Assembly: GCF_000002075.1 (NCBI RefSeq)
Contig: NW_004797313.1
Location: 835,088 to 899,087 of the forward strand
Source: Aplysia californica
Lineage: Eukaryota
Length of the DNA: 64,000 nucleotides
Reading direction: 5' to 3'
Shown: positions 25,230 through 38,940 of the stretch, piece after piece
Numbering within the stretch: the first letter of the stretch is position 1
How the letters are laid out: each line of letters opens with the position of its first letter
Made by a program: the position numbers and the translations under genes
The notes under the pieces: generated by a model
Seen by the model: only the letters and a program-made list of their open reading frames with translations
Told to the model about the DNA's origin: nothing
Database searches by the model: none

Positions 25230-27862
25230 AGAACAAAGCATTTTCATGTGAAATTGGCAAGTATATGACCTGCTGGGGATCAAAGTTCCCAGCCAGAATG
25301 CTGTGGTCAGCTTGAACCATCTTCTTGCAATCCTCCCTAAGTTGTCCTCCCCTTTGTTTTTCTGCATCGTGCCTGTTATAAATTTCCCTGAGTTCATTTT
25401 TCTGTGCTTCTTCCCATTTTCGGAAAGAGTTGCAGAGTGAGCATTAGTCCTTTTTAAGGACTATGAAAGGCCAGGTTTTTTGTCTTGAACTCTCGTCTGA
25501 ATGTGTGAAAACCTGGGATGTCATTGCATGGATTTATTTTCACGGACATGTCGTACATTTTGGACAATGTGAGGTCTGGGTTGATATACTCTTTGCTGGA
25601 AGAGGCCCTACAGTAGTGCGATTCCACGCGTAGAAATCTGTCAATGTGTTGACTGGTCATCTCCCTGATTTGTTCTTCTCTTGTCTTCATATGCTCCGAT
25701 TGCCCCCTCGCTTGTCTTCTTCCACAATGCCGGTCTCCGTAATCTTTGACAAAACAACTAGGGCACATTTCTCTGAAATACCCAACGTTGCAAGGAATGT
25801 GTTCCTACACACTTTCAAGCGCTTTCCATTGACTGTGATGTAATAAGCATGCGTTTTGCTGCGTCGAGAGTTTGGTTTCCCGACCTTGGGCTCTGTCGTC
25901 ACAATATGCCACGCAACGAACTTTCGCTGCTTCTGCAGGTCAGCCAGTTTATAAACTGTCCTGAAAAAGTCCTGAAATATCTCCCTCCTGTCCTTTCCTG
26001 AGATTTCAGAACATTGACGGACAGCTCTCATACATTCCATTCCAACGCAGCCCTTTCTCATCATTTGTGCTGGAACAACCTTTTTCGTGTCGGCGCTCAT
26101 GTATTATTCGCCACATTGTCGCTTTCTTTTTTATCGTTCTTCGAGTTGATTCTCTTCGTTTCTTTGGCGACGCCTGGCAGGCTTACCCCTTCAACTTCAA
26201 ATGATTCTGGTAGCCGTTCGTAGCTACTCTGGGTTTCATCGGTTTCAAAATCATTGTGCGGTATGGATTCAGAGTTTGTTGATTGCCCTGTCTTTCCTTT
26301 TGACTACAAAATACTGGAACTTCTAGGATGTGATCCGTGTCCGAATCATCGAAGTCACCCAGGCCAAGAGACGTGTGTTCATTCTCAGCCTCGTGTTGAT
26401 CAGGAAATTCAATTGTCATTGTAGGACTGCATTTCAAAGTTTAGCTAACAGAATGTCATCTGACAAAGTCGGAGTCACTTTCATTGAAATGTGAGACAAC
26501 TAAGGGATGTTTTCGAATAAAACCACTCAAAATAATGTATCTAAATTGTGGTTAGTTACTTTTAAAGATTACTGTGAAGTTCTTTAATGCTTTTAAAAAT
26601 TGACTCTATAAACAACTTTCCTCTTTGTTTTCGACAATATTGAGAAGTCACTTTGGACAGTTTCGTAAATAAACCTTCAATGAGAAATGTTCTCGTCTCG
26701 GATGCTCTCTTGTAATAAGGATTGGTTTTTTTGTGGGAGTTTCTGCTGAATTGAGGTCTGTGCTGGCAGTTACATTGATGACAGAAGTGTCTCTATCCAC
26801 GACAATGTTCCCAACATAACATTCATCAAAGGCTGTTGATCAGAGGAACCTGATTTTGCTTACAGTAAGTTTCAGATGTTCTTTTCTCTAAAAGATAGTT
26901 CTACATCCATTTATATCTAGAGGTACCCAGGACTTTCTTGCAGCGTCACTATGCCTTTGATGCTTTTCCTTCCCATGCTAGGACAGGGACCAGATATAAT
27001 TAAAAGCTTACCGTCAGTCCCATTTTGAAAGTTCTTTGCACTTCATTCCCTACTCTCTTTGCATTCATTATATGGAGTGTTAATTTCTGGGGCGGGTTTA
27101 TGTCCATCAGTTCGGAAATACGCTTGGCCTTGCTTGCATTATTCAGTTCGTTAGTTTTACTTCCATTCTGCTTGAGCTTTCTTCTGTTGTTGTTTTATTT
27201 ATTCGTTTATTTTTTGGTTAAAGTCAGACAGTATCTGATTCAAACGACTTATGCCACGGTCAACTAGGTTTATAATGCGACGTTGCTTCCCCAATGGGTG
27301 GTATATAAGCAGACAGATCAGGTGAAATCTGACTTAAAAGTTGATGTAGCTTTGACTCGGATGACATATGAGGTGACTGGACATAGATTTGATAAATGGG
27401 GTTTCAGAAATCATTCAGGCTCGACAATGGGCAGAGCTGGGTCAGCGGTCAGGGTGGGCCGTAAGGGGTACATACATATGTTTGTGGTGAATTAGATGCC
27501 AGAGATGATGCATTTTAGATAAAAGGTGACGATGCGTCGATTGTTACTGATACAAAAGGTTTCGGAACCGGAGAATACTGTGAACCAGGTACAGAAGGTA
27601 GTTACAGATTGCTTTGGCCATTCCTAAGCGATGACCAGTCTCGAACCACTTTGTGATCAAAGCTCGTAAACCACACGATGGTGCTTACGAGTTCTGATCT
27701 CAACCACTTCTGGGGAGGGGTGGACTTGTGAGTTTTGTTTACTAACGATAAAACACACTTCTAAGCCATTTTTCAGCTAAACCTTCCGCTGGCATGTGCA
27801 GTGTAATCAGAAAAATGTTATGTTGTAAAAAAGTCAATTTGGCCAAAACTGTCGCTTACGAG
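25230..27862 (-). mobile_element. Sola-like DNA transposon (probably Sola1), degraded, bounded by gaps
   Basis: HIDRFLRVESHYCR..KEYINPDLTLSKMYD, a PKKDxCxxC remnant and FDxQQVIYLP..NALFY. Repeated (A/G)GTCACTTT / GTCGCTTA subterminal motifs. Confidence 0.7.
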
Positions 27863-29542
27863 NNNNNNNNNNNNNNNNNNNNNNNNNNNNNNNNNNNNNN
27901 NNNNNNNNNNNNNNNNNNNNNNNNNNNNNNNNNNNNNNNNNNNNNNNNNNNNNNNNNNNNNNNNNNNNNNNNNNNNNNNNNNNNNNNNNNNNNNNNNNNN
28001 NNNNNNNNNNNNNNNNNNNNNNNNNNNNNNNNNNNNNNNNNNNNNNNNNAATATAATATTACGTTCTTCGTGTACGCCTGTCAAGTAATTTGGAAGTGTG
28101 GTAACTCTATGAGTGTAATTTTGCCTGGAGCATTTTTTTAGAAAATGGAAATGTACAGCATAATTTATATATTTGTAAAATACTATCACTCCCACCAAAC
28201 GCCCAGTTTTATGAACAGAGCGTTATCTAATTAGCATTAAAGAGATTGCAGACTGCACGAAATCATGGTCCTATTCGTTAAGGTGATAACAATAATTATT
28301 TCTCTTACTCTCTGTTAATCTCTTTATCTGTGTCATTAAAAGCTTTACTGTCCACATCACAAAAAGCGCCATGGAGTACGTATGTTCTCTGTTCCTCTTC
28401 CATTGCAAGAATATCATTCTTGTTTTCTCCGTCCAAACTGACATTCTTTCTATGTACTGTTGTATTTCCTTTAATGTTAAGCTTTAGTTTATATTATAAA
28501 AGAACACAGCAGGAAAAACACAAACTGGGCGTAAAATACTGTCGACTTTACAGTGCCCATTTTCACAGACTTGTTTCTCTCGTCCAACTGTTGAAACATG
28601 TAACGTGTAATAAGTCTTTCGTTAAATTCAGTTTGATAGCTATGCAGACTTGCTTTGTACTTTCAAGTACATATAAATTATATAAATACATATTAGCAAA
28701 ATATTGGTAACTGTTGTTTGTGTCACGTAAATGTACATATCCTACATGTTGCAGTACTTCAACATTATTTTGTTTTTGATATCTCGTGACAATGGTAATT
28801 TTCTTGATTCAATATTATTGTTAGAAGGATATACTAAGGACACCACGTGAGTGATACTTTACTATGATTAATTACGTCTTGCACAATTGTTGATGTAGTG
28901 TGCCGTGGCAAGCGTAACTGGGCTTTGAAGTGATGTTCCGTCATAAGTTATTTCGTTGGAGTTTCAATAAAGCTGTGAAATAGAGTTAAAGTTTGAGGGA
29001 AGTACTCGTAAATATCCCTCCCCCCCCCCTCCCCCACAGACACACAGAGAGATAAACCTACAAAGAAAAGGAAAAGAACAGACAGTTGCAACACCAATAC
29101 CTTTTAGCTGTGCAACCATTTTATCGTATTCGTTACGCTTCTTAGTTGGAAAACGCAATCAAGAACACAAACATTTTTCATTCTTTATGGGAAAATATTG
29201 GCTCAGTCATATTTGTTATACACGGGAAGCAATTCCCTCTTCGCTACTAAGAAATCACTACTAGAAAAGAGGGAAACCTGTGCCCCGAACCCGAAGGAGT
29301 AGACAAACATTTGAAGCTCCACTGCTGGCGGGTTTGCCACTCATTGGCCTCAACCTCTCAAGCGCAACTGTGGCTCAATTTTATTGTTCTTACTGTGTTC
29401 TACTTTCAGTTCTCTTTCAAGTAGATCTGTCGACCGATGGTCCACGGTTGCAAAATATTCACGACGAGACCAGACACAATGACCATAAATTACATTTTAA
29501 GGTTTGAGGAATCAAATGAAACATATAAATTAAGTAGCTCAC

Positions 29543-29774
29543 CAAAAAATTCGTCGATTTGAAACCAGCAAACTTGACATGTGAGGCCCCAGTCTTGCTC
29601 AGAAGCTGCTTCACAAAGTCATAATTGTCGATGTGTGTGATGGCATCATCGAGGGTGGTCATAACTAACGTTGCATGATATTCAAGAGCCTCGTTAGACC
29701 GTAGCTCGTCATCTGACCGGATGTCCTTGAACCCCTGGAACATGGTCTGAAGGTGTGAGCTCGTCTTGAAAAGC
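29543..29774 (-). CDS. GbXL: Globin X-like, coding exon 2 of 3 (heme-binding core)
   Basis: Polypyrimidine tract plus CAG acceptor ending at 29775; 232 nt, in frame with exon 1 (AG+G=Arg). Encodes LFKTSSHLQTMF (CD1 Phe85), EALEYH (E7 His106) and GASH (F8 His138). Ends TTG|GTGAG, phase 0 (G7.0). Confidence 0.93.
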
Positions 29775-29984
29775 CTGTTGAGGAAAAAGGTAGAGGTAAA
29801 CACATTTGCAGGCAATCTACAAAAATAAGCGTTTATTGTTAGCAAAGTGTGCTGGACAAGTCATTTTGTAGGCCAATTATGCGTCTGACGTCGACAGTAA
29901 GTATGTGCAGTTGAAGACTTATAACAAAGTAATAGTTGAACTAAGAAAGAGGCTTTACGGAAAGGGAAATCATTGTTCAATTTT

Positions 29985-32900
29985 CAAAAGATCTAACTGC
30001 TTTTCCAGGATGAGTGTCAAAAACTGTGCAGAGATGGTACAGTGCTGTTTCAATTGCCATAATTTCTGCACCGTAGTTGCTGCATTTCTCCCGACAGGCT
30101 GCAGAGATCTCATTGGAACTACCATCTGAGTACTGTATTAGTATTCCATATCCGGCTTTGGTTGTGCCTTTGAATGCTGAGCCGTCCGTATAGACGTGTA
30201 TCCAGTCATCTGAATAGCTGTCGATTGTTTGATGTGATGCAATCATCGGCGTCACTGGGTCTGAAGATTTTGTGCTCTTTGAGAGATGTTGTAATGATTG
30301 GCTTTTTTAAAGAAAGGTGGGGAGGGATGTTTTGGTTGACTCTTTTGGTTTCTTTTCTATTTTGTGGTAGATGGTGGCTCTCCATTAGTTCTGTGATGTG
30401 ATGCATGATTGACTTTTGTTGAATTCGTTTCTTTGGTTTCCATGTTTCGACTAATTTCCTGTTTGGGTGGTTGGGGCACATTCTTTTAGTTCTTTCATGT
30501 AGCTCCAAAACTGCTTTATCTCTGCGGATTCCCAGGGGTTCAACATTTGCAAGGATTTCGCACGCGGCGGTAGGTGTGGATCTCATGCCGCCATTTATAA
30601 AACGAAGGGCATTGTTTTGGACCTTGTCAAGGGTATTGCAAGTAGTTGTACTGCACATAGTGAGTAGGCTATTGCTGTATTTCAGGGAAGATCGGACATA
30701 ACCCAGGTATAGAGCTCTCAGAGTTTGTTTGTCTGACCCCCATGAACTGCTTGCGAGTTTCTTTAAAAGTTGGAGTCTTTTTTTTTGCTTTGTTCCTTAT
30801 GTTCTCCACTTGGCTTTTCATGGTTAGCTTATGGTCAAGTTTGACTCCTAGGTAAGTTGGATGTTCTTCTTTGGGGAGACTTTCATTTCCTATCTTTAGT
30901 TTGAGATTTGCTTTGGCTGCTTTATGGCTCTTCGTTAAGATGGTGTATACTGTTTTCGTGCAGTTTATTTTAAGTTTCCATTTCTGACAGTAATTATGGA
31001 GCCTCTTGAGGTCTTCATTTAATTTCCCTGCTCCTACTATCGTGCTGTGATGTGTCTGCCAGAGAGCAAGATCATCGGCATAAAGAGTCTTTTCTGATTT
31101 CAGCACGTTTGTTACATCATTAAAGAAGATCAGGAACAAAGTGCAACTCAGACAGGAACCTTGAGGTAGGCCTACCTCGAGTACTTCTCTAGACGAGTGG
31201 GCATTGTTTACCTTGGTTTCAATGTTTCGATCCGACAGGAAGAACTTGATCCATTTGTAAAGTTTGCCATGTATCCCGAGGTCCATCAATTTCATGAGTA
31301 GGCCTTTTCTCCACACTCTGTCGAACGCCTGTTGGAGATCTACAAAGATGGCGACAGTGTGTTTACTCTCCTGAAATCCATCCTGGATGTTCTGACTCAG
31401 TTTAAAAAGTTGAACTTCTGTGTTGCTGCCTTTTCTGAAGCCTGCTTGGTGTGGGTTTAAGCTGTTAGTATTTTCCAGGTACCAGTAGCTTACCGATACA
31501 TGATGTTAATGAGATGGGTCGGTAGCTTTTCGCTTCTCCAGGTGGTTTCCCATTTTTCAGGAGTGGTGTAATCTGGGCGATCCTCCATGCCTTTGGTATT
31601 CCACTCGTTCTCCACGTGGTGTTTATCAGGGAAAGAAGAACTTCTTTTCCTTTAGCACCAAGGTGGCACAGCATTTCGTTGTGTATTTTATCTGGTCCTG
31701 GGGCTTTCTTTTCCTTTAGCTTTTTGAGGGCCTGACTGAGTCCCACCATGCTATAATCCTCTTCAACAAGCGAGTTGTTCACAGTAGGAGCTTTTTCTTT
31801 ATGCTTAGCCCTATTAATGAGAAGTCAATCAGCCTCAGTTAGTCTGCCTGCCCTGTTTACAGAGTACAGAGGCGAAAAAACGGTTAAAATGTTTGGCTTT
31901 CTTCTGGTCTTCAGTGATGGTGCTGCCTGAAAGGAAAAAGGGTTTGGGGTTGCTTTTTTGTCTTTCTCCCGAGAGGTTGCTAACAAGGGACCAAGTCTTT
32001 GTTCCATTGTGGCGGAGGTCGAGATCTTTGCAGGTTTGAGTCCATTTCTCTTTTTTGGCTTTTTTTTAACTGTCACTTTCACCTGAGCGCAGGTCTTGTT
32101 GTAGTGTATTTTGTTTATTGTTGATGGTGATTTTTCCAATGACTGTCTAGCTTTCTCTATTTCTGCCACAGCAGTTTGGATTTCTTCACTCCAAAAGGGT
32201 TTGAAATTTCTTCGGCATCCCCTTGGAATGTGCTGAGATGCAGCTTTCAGAATATTTTCGGTGACTTGTTCATTAAAAAGATCAGCATCTTCTGTTTCTG
32301 CTATGCTGGAGAGCAATTCGTCTGAGGCCTTTTCGTATTCTGCCCAGTTGGCTTTCTTAAAGTTCCATCGAGTTCTCCGAGGGTGGTTCAATGCAGGTGG
32401 GGAGGTGATCTGTATAAAGATAGGCCTGTGATCACTTCCTATGTCATCAATCACTTCGATGCGACATGAGTTTTTAATGTCGGATGAGCAGATGGTGAGA
32501 TCAGGCCGGCTGAGAGTCCAGTGGGCTCTGTGAAGTAAGGTAGGAGTTGAGTTGACATCTTGTAATACAGATAGGTTGCTGGTTTCGCACAGCTCCTCAA
32601 TCTTTCGGCCTGTGCCGTTATAGTTGACGTAGCCCCATTCTGGAGAGTGACCATTGAAGTCGCCCGCACAAATGGTTTTTTCGTAGCTGGCTGCTTGCAG
32701 ATCAGACAAGTCGCATGTTGTCTGTGGGGGGTTGTAAACATTGTAAAGTGTGTACTTCCTACCAATGTGCCATATGGTGGCCTTCTGGATATCTGTCGGT
32801 TGGGCAGATGATAAGTGTACGACATCTCCCTGAACATCATTTCGCAGGTAAGTGACTATATCGCGGCATCCTGTGCATGTGCAGGCGTAACTGGTGTATC

Positions 32901-33900
32901 CTGTGAGGTTCAGGTCCGTACCTTTGTGTAGGGTTTCTTGAAGGAGGGCAACATGAATCTGCCTGTCCTTCAGTACTTTGAGGAGTTCTGTTTTCTTGTT
33001 CCTCAAACCACAGATGTTGAGTTGCAAGAGGTTGAGGGAACTCTTCTTCTGGTTGGGGATGTAGTTTGCTCCCTTCTCACGCCGAGAGCTTTTCGGTGCT
33101 GGTTTAGCGCTGTTTCTGTGTGTATCACCAGTAGCTGACTTGTCGCTCAGAGCAGCCTGGTGATTGCGCTGCCTGGGGCGGACCTTGTTTAACGAGGCGA
33201 CGTCCGAGCTCGCATGTAATTTATTTCTTTGTGTCATGGCATTGTGGACTGAGGTGTCTGTGGACTGTCTGCCCACCCTGAGAAGAGGCCATTCATGTTG
33301 AGGATAGGAGGGTACTAGGAGTTTTCATGAGACTGGAAAGACCTAACTGCCCTGTGACCGTGTAATTCCGGTAGGGTTCACGTTGCCCATTCCCCGCCAC
33401 CAATGGCTACTGGCTAAGGTTTTCGACTCTTTCATGAGGTATTGGCCAAGTGGAAAAGCCATTGGATCGTCACGTCCTGGGTCGTTGTGCCTTTACTAAG
33501 AGGTTTCACGGCCAGAAAGCAAGCCAGGCATTCTGCTCGGTCCATCCCCTGCACCCAGACACTCTCAAACTGGCTGGTACCTTCTCAGCCACAGAGGGTG
33601 TGTTGATAAAAGTAGTAGAGGTGTTAGGCAGAATAGACACCCACTCAAGGGAGAGTAGGGGTGTGTTAGTGAGGAGCATAGCGTCTACCACGCATCGGTG
33701 GGTTCTGCCTCCTGCACCTTGTGGGGCCACACCTGCTCCCATCCTGTTGTTTTAACCCCTCTAGAAAACGGGGGGGGGGGGGGGGGGGTTGGTTTGTTGG
33801 CGCCAACAACTTGCCATTCGCCAGAGCCGTGTCAGTGAGGACAGGGACCACCACGGGCAGGTACGGTTGGCTGGATTGGGAGAAGCTGTTTGAGACGCTT
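29985..33900 (-). mobile_element. I-superfamily (Ingi-like) LINE: single APE-RT-RNase H ORF broken by frameshifts, 3'-truncated
   Basis: APE: QLNICGL, LQET, GDFNGH, SDHRPI. RT: YRPISLTS, GLPQGSCLS, YADDL, YLGV. RNase H: VYTDGS..NYGAEIMAI. No recognisable gag ORF1. The 5' boundary is approximate. Confidence 0.88.
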
Positions 33901-34634
33901 AGGTAAAATAAAATCGAACTGGCGTAATTAAAACAAAATTAATCTCTGAATTTTATCCAAGAACACGGAAATTTACCAGGACTTTGTTGCTATAAAATAA
34001 CCTTTGAGTTGAAGTTTAAAATCGTTATACGATGCATACACTCCAGTTGCTAAGGCAGATTTTCTTACTAGTGATTGCTTTTATACGGTAATGATTTTAT
34101 CTCATGTGAAGAATCAACTTCCTTATTAAATCCATGCTAGCGTTATGAAAAGGTGACCGCATGACGTAATTTTCGCCCTCCCCCCTTTCCCCCTCCCATT
34201 TTTTATGACCAGATCTGAAGCAAAAACTTCTCAAAATTCCACTATATATGTGTTCCGGCAGATGTAATGATTTTCTTTTCTTTGATTAATGCCGATGAAG
34301 CTTCGTCTTGTGCGCTGGGTTTCTTTTTAAAACGATACAGCGCACGCTTATAATGCATACATGAATGCAAATAACTCACGTGAATTTTTTAAAATCTCAC
34401 TATAGAGGGAGCAAGTGATCGCGTAGGCCGAGAGCGGGTACGGATGCCGTACTTGCAGGTTTCTAAGACGAAAAAGATGGCGATCATAATCATGGTCTCC
34501 CTCAGTAAATGTCTCGTGTATAAAAGTCTCAAGACGGACCAGGTGATCCAGAGTGGATCGAGTTTTCCTGAATCCGCACTAGTGACCGACCAGCTAGTAT
34601 GTCGCCTTCAGAAACCATGCTTGTTGATTTTTTT

Positions 34635-34790
34635 TTTCTAGAAGCCTGCACAGGCAGCTCGTTAAGGCAATTGGTCTGTAGTTGGATGTGTGAGTATGGT
34701 CTTTGTTTGGTTTTAGAACTGGGATGATAGTGACGAGTAAGCGTACTAGATTTATAGGGTTTTTTTTGTTTGCAATAACGTCTGTCTGTG
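34635..34790 (-). mobile_element. I/Nimb-type LINE RT fragment
   Basis: VTIIPVLKPNKD...NYRPIALTSCLCRLLEK. Confidence 0.7.
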
Positions 34791-37700
34791 TAGAACAATA
34801 GCCAAAGACAAAAGCACATAGAGAGTTATTGGTGGCCGATACTTCCATAGGGAGTGAGAAAGGCCGATGATGATATTATTACTATAACTCAAATATATGC
34901 TCTCTCCGTCACCACGGGTATATCGAAGGAACTGACCTCGACGACCAGAGACATTTTGGATTGTTAATATAAGTTTAGATTTCAAGTGCATATTTATGTT
35001 TTTTTAACTTAACCTCGGAACGACTTTGAACAATATCGAATTTTTTGTTCGAAGAAGTAGAATCTAGAAACTGTTCAAACCAAACGTTCAATACAAAAAA
35101 CCCAGCTATTACTATTACCGAAATCTCGTTTAGAAACAACCGAATAATATATGTACATGTATAGTATATTATTATTCTGTTGATATGATAACATGTTGAT
35201 TTTTTCGGGTTGTTTTGTAACTGATCAGCATAACCTTTTTGGACGGAGATTTTGTGAAAAAGCTGCATTCACTAAAAACTTTTGAATTTTAAAAGTACTA
35301 GAATAGGTCCGCTTTTCTTCTGTTATATTCTTTTATTAAGTAATTTGGGGTGAAAATATGCGAGCGTGTTGTATTGCTAGTAATGCCGTGCTATCTGCTG
35401 CTGGGAACAGCTTAAATTTTAATGTGACGTTGTGTGCTTTCGTACTAAAGTAGTACACATGTCGGGCCTTCGAGAACGGATATTAACGAATTTCAAAAAG
35501 TCAATTCTTAGTCTATGAGTATGTTCCCGGAAGGTAAGGTGTGCTCAGTTGTTTTCTTTTCCTCAACAGAGGCATGCTGTGAGTGATTCTGTTTGTTGCC
35601 ACATTTGACCCAGTGACAGACATTTGATTTTTTAAAGAATTTCTAGACTATGGCCAATGATGATTAAATATCAGTTATACGAACAAAAACAAGTATTCCA
35701 TGTTTTCTATAAATATCTCACTGATATAAAATATTTTACAATAAATATAATCACGTTAATGGTAGTTTGAAAGCATTCAACAACGATACATCAGTACCTT
35801 GATCATTTTTAAAAAATGAATCGGATTCTATCTTACCCGGCCCTGGCACCGCACACAAAACTACATCAAACGCTGATAAAATAAGATCATAGATGTACAC
35901 TATAGTCACTAGATACCGTACGCCCCTCTCTCGCCTTGCTGCGCGATGGCCACATTCGACAGCGGCGTCCGCCATGTTTCGGTGGGCGAGCTGTGTGAAG
36001 GAATTTAAGCTAAAGCAATGGGCTAGGCATGTTTTCTCTCTCCCTCACACGCGATAGGCGAGGCTTGGTCCTTGTTAATTTTTTTTTTTTTACATGGGCG
36101 CCGTGGCGTACTATCTAGGTTACTAAATAGCAATAATACAGCGTTCTTTCTACAACTAGATCTACAAACAAATGTTTTATTAAATAGATAGAGATAGAGA
36201 AAGAGGCTTTAAAAAAGAACCCCCCCCCAAAAAAAAACCCCTTTATTTCTTCATCAGCACTTTATCTACGAAGTGGTTTATTTCTTATTGACTGAATCAA
36301 AGGGTTTTGCGCCTATAGACATTTTTAAAAGAAGTATGAAAAGATGTGGGTGTCATGGGAACCTCCCAATCACCCCACCCTCTCTCTCCTCCCCAATCAC
36401 AATACCCCCCCCCCCCCCAAGTTAGGCTTTAAATTAAATCAAGATGAGCCGTAGAAAAAAAATTCCAGAGTTTTTTCTGCCATTAGGTGTAGGAAGGCAA
36501 AACCTCTTCATAAAGCAAATTCAGCCAAACAAATGATGAATGCATGTAGATCTACAAGTATTTAAAAAATCGAGTCAAACTTTCCCTTGTGACATTTGAA
36601 CAGGAAACTGTATTTTTCATTCTTACGTTCAGTTATTTTATTTTAAAGTATACCAAATAAGTATAGTGCTTTCTTCTGTATGTATTAAACTTTGGTTTAT
36701 ATTGATTTTAAGAACTAAAGTAAACGATTTACAGCATGTAAACTAAAGCTCCTTCTATTGCTGTTTTAAGTAAGTCTAATTTTAGACATTCGTAACACAA
36801 GAGTGACAACTCTGGACTTACTAAAGATAAAAAAGTGAACTTAATGTTGTTTTGTAGCCTGGTCAATTGTTTTTCTACACAGAGTAGTGATAACTGAAAC
36901 AAAAAACCTTTACTAATTGGGTTTTTGGACAACATTCAATAAAACAAAAACATTAAACAGTACACTGTTTGATAAAGAAATTACCTGCCCATTGTGAAAA
37001 AGATCTAGGTGCTAGTCAACCTTAACTTCACATGGCCCAGAACCTTGCTGATAGCTCTTTATATAAAAAAACAAAAAAACAACCGGAGTGACTATTTGTG
37101 TCTATAAGACATATTATGAGCTCAAAATAGATGATGTTATTAAAAAAAACAACCAGACATCACTGATCTGCCTGACAGAAGCAGTGATGAGTTGTTTAAA
37201 TTCATTCGAGCAAACACATATAAGACGCTGTGCATATACATTGTATAGCAAGCTCAGCACCAAGCGCACTCTGACTATGGTTTCCTTTGTCGCTAATAAG
37301 CTTTGGATATATATCCTATACTTTACATCATGCATTTTAGACACGAGCCTATCTTTGGCTGCTTCCATCCATGAAAATAATTATGATTGATGATATTGTT
37401 ATTATTACTATGTTTAATATATCTTAAGTCAGTGAGTCATTGTCAAATGAGTGAAATTAGTATCTCAGATTAGTAGATCTAGCTTGTTTAAGTAAGTAAT
37501 TTAAACACAAAGACGAGGCAAAATTGCAGTGGTTAGATATGATATCAATTAACTGAAAGGTAGGCTTTGATCAGACCAAGCTCTTAATCTTTTCGAATAT
37601 TTTCTTCCAAACATAGATCTGGATCTAATCTGTCAAAATTCTTATCAATCTTATTCTTACCAGTGAAATGAAAGAGGGGTTCCTTTCGAGGCTCTGTTAG

Positions 37701-38399
37701 TACACTGATAAGTTAAACGCAGCAGCGTTGCACCATCCTTTCTGGTCTCGTTTTATTGTAAAAAAAAAAAAGTNNNNNNNNNNNNNNNNNNNNNNNNNNN
37801 NNNNNNNNNNNNNNNNNNNNNNNNNNNNNNNNNNNNNNNNNNNNNNNNNNNNNNNNNNNNNNNNNNNNNNNNNNNNNNNNNNNNNNNNNNNNNNNNNNNN
37901 NNNNNNNNNNNNNNNNNNNNNNNNNNNNNNNNNNNNNNNNNNNNNNNNNNNNNNNNNNNNNNNNNNNNNNNNNNNNNNNNNNNNNNNNNNNNNNNNNNNN
38001 NNNNNNNNNNNNNNNNNNNNNNNNNNNNNNNNNNNNNNNNNNNNNNNNNNNNNNNNNNNNNNNNNNNNNNNNNNNNNNNNNNNNNNNNNNCCCACAAACA
38101 CAGCTCTAGGTGCTTTAGAATCCACACAAATGCATGTNNNNNNNNNNNNNNNNNNNNNNNNNNNNNNNNNNNNNNNNNNNNNNNNNNNNNNNNNNNNNNN
38201 NNNNNNNNNNNNNNNNNNNNNNNNNNNNNNNNNNNNNNNNNNNNNNNNNNNNNNNNNNNNNNNNNNNNNNNNNNNNNNNNNNNNNNNNNNNNNNNNNNNN
38301 NNNNNNNNNNNNNNNNNNNNNNNNNNNNNNNNNNNNNNNNNNNNNNNNNNNNNNNNNNNCAAACATGATCTCGATCTAGATATCTAGATCTAGATATGT

Positions 38400-38670
38400 A
38401 GATCTCGACGTCTTTGGGGATATGGCTTTTCTTTGGGTTACATATAAACGAGTTTCAGTATTATTTTCATTAAGCTGGAGCTTATTATCAATCATCCAGT
38501 TCTTGACATCATCAAAGCACATACCCATGGTGGCAGGCAAGGTTTTAACATCTGGTGGTGGAACAGATTTATACAACTGTGTATCATCTGCGTACATGTG
38601 ATAATTCATACTCAACTGTGCTTTCTAATTACAGCTCCAAGCGGCTGTGTATATAACGTATACACGATTG
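38400..38670 (-). mobile_element. CR1/L2-type RT fragment
   Basis: YHMYADDTQLY...DVKNWMIDNKLQLNENNTE. Confidence 0.8.
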
Positions 38671-38940
38671 GAGCTAATAAGACGTTAATCCAGAAAGGGA
38701 CTAGATCTAGAGGTTTCACATGCTTGCACTTTTAAGAAAATCACTTTGGATTAAAAGATAACGTTAGAATCAAATAAAACACGTAAGAGCAGAGACATGC
38801 CCACTCAGAGGTAAACAAACGTTTTCGCCCACCGAAACAAGGCCGCCAACAAACTCAAATGTTTCCGTGTCACGTGACCTCGTACGGACTCTAGTTTAAA
38901 AGGAGGTAACTCTATGAATAAGATAGATAACATGATAGTA

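Noticed and set aside
29459-29845. Stand-alone single-exon globin ORF
   Set aside because: It lacks the A/B and G/H helices, and clean splice sites join it to exons 1 and 3.
33100-33300. 2A/StopGo peptide at the start of the Ingi-like ORF
   Set aside because: No D(V/I)ExNPGP motif in the translated N-terminus.
34390-36120. GC-rich patches with AAGATGGCG/ATGGCGG motifs as a promoter or extra exon (similar patches at 14340-14670 and 43190-43830)
   Set aside because: No supportable ORF or splice pattern. They look like DNA-transposon subterminal sequence, but I could not define the ends.
37697-38387. Long ORFs containing X runs (here and at other gaps)
   Set aside because: Artefacts of reading through N gaps.
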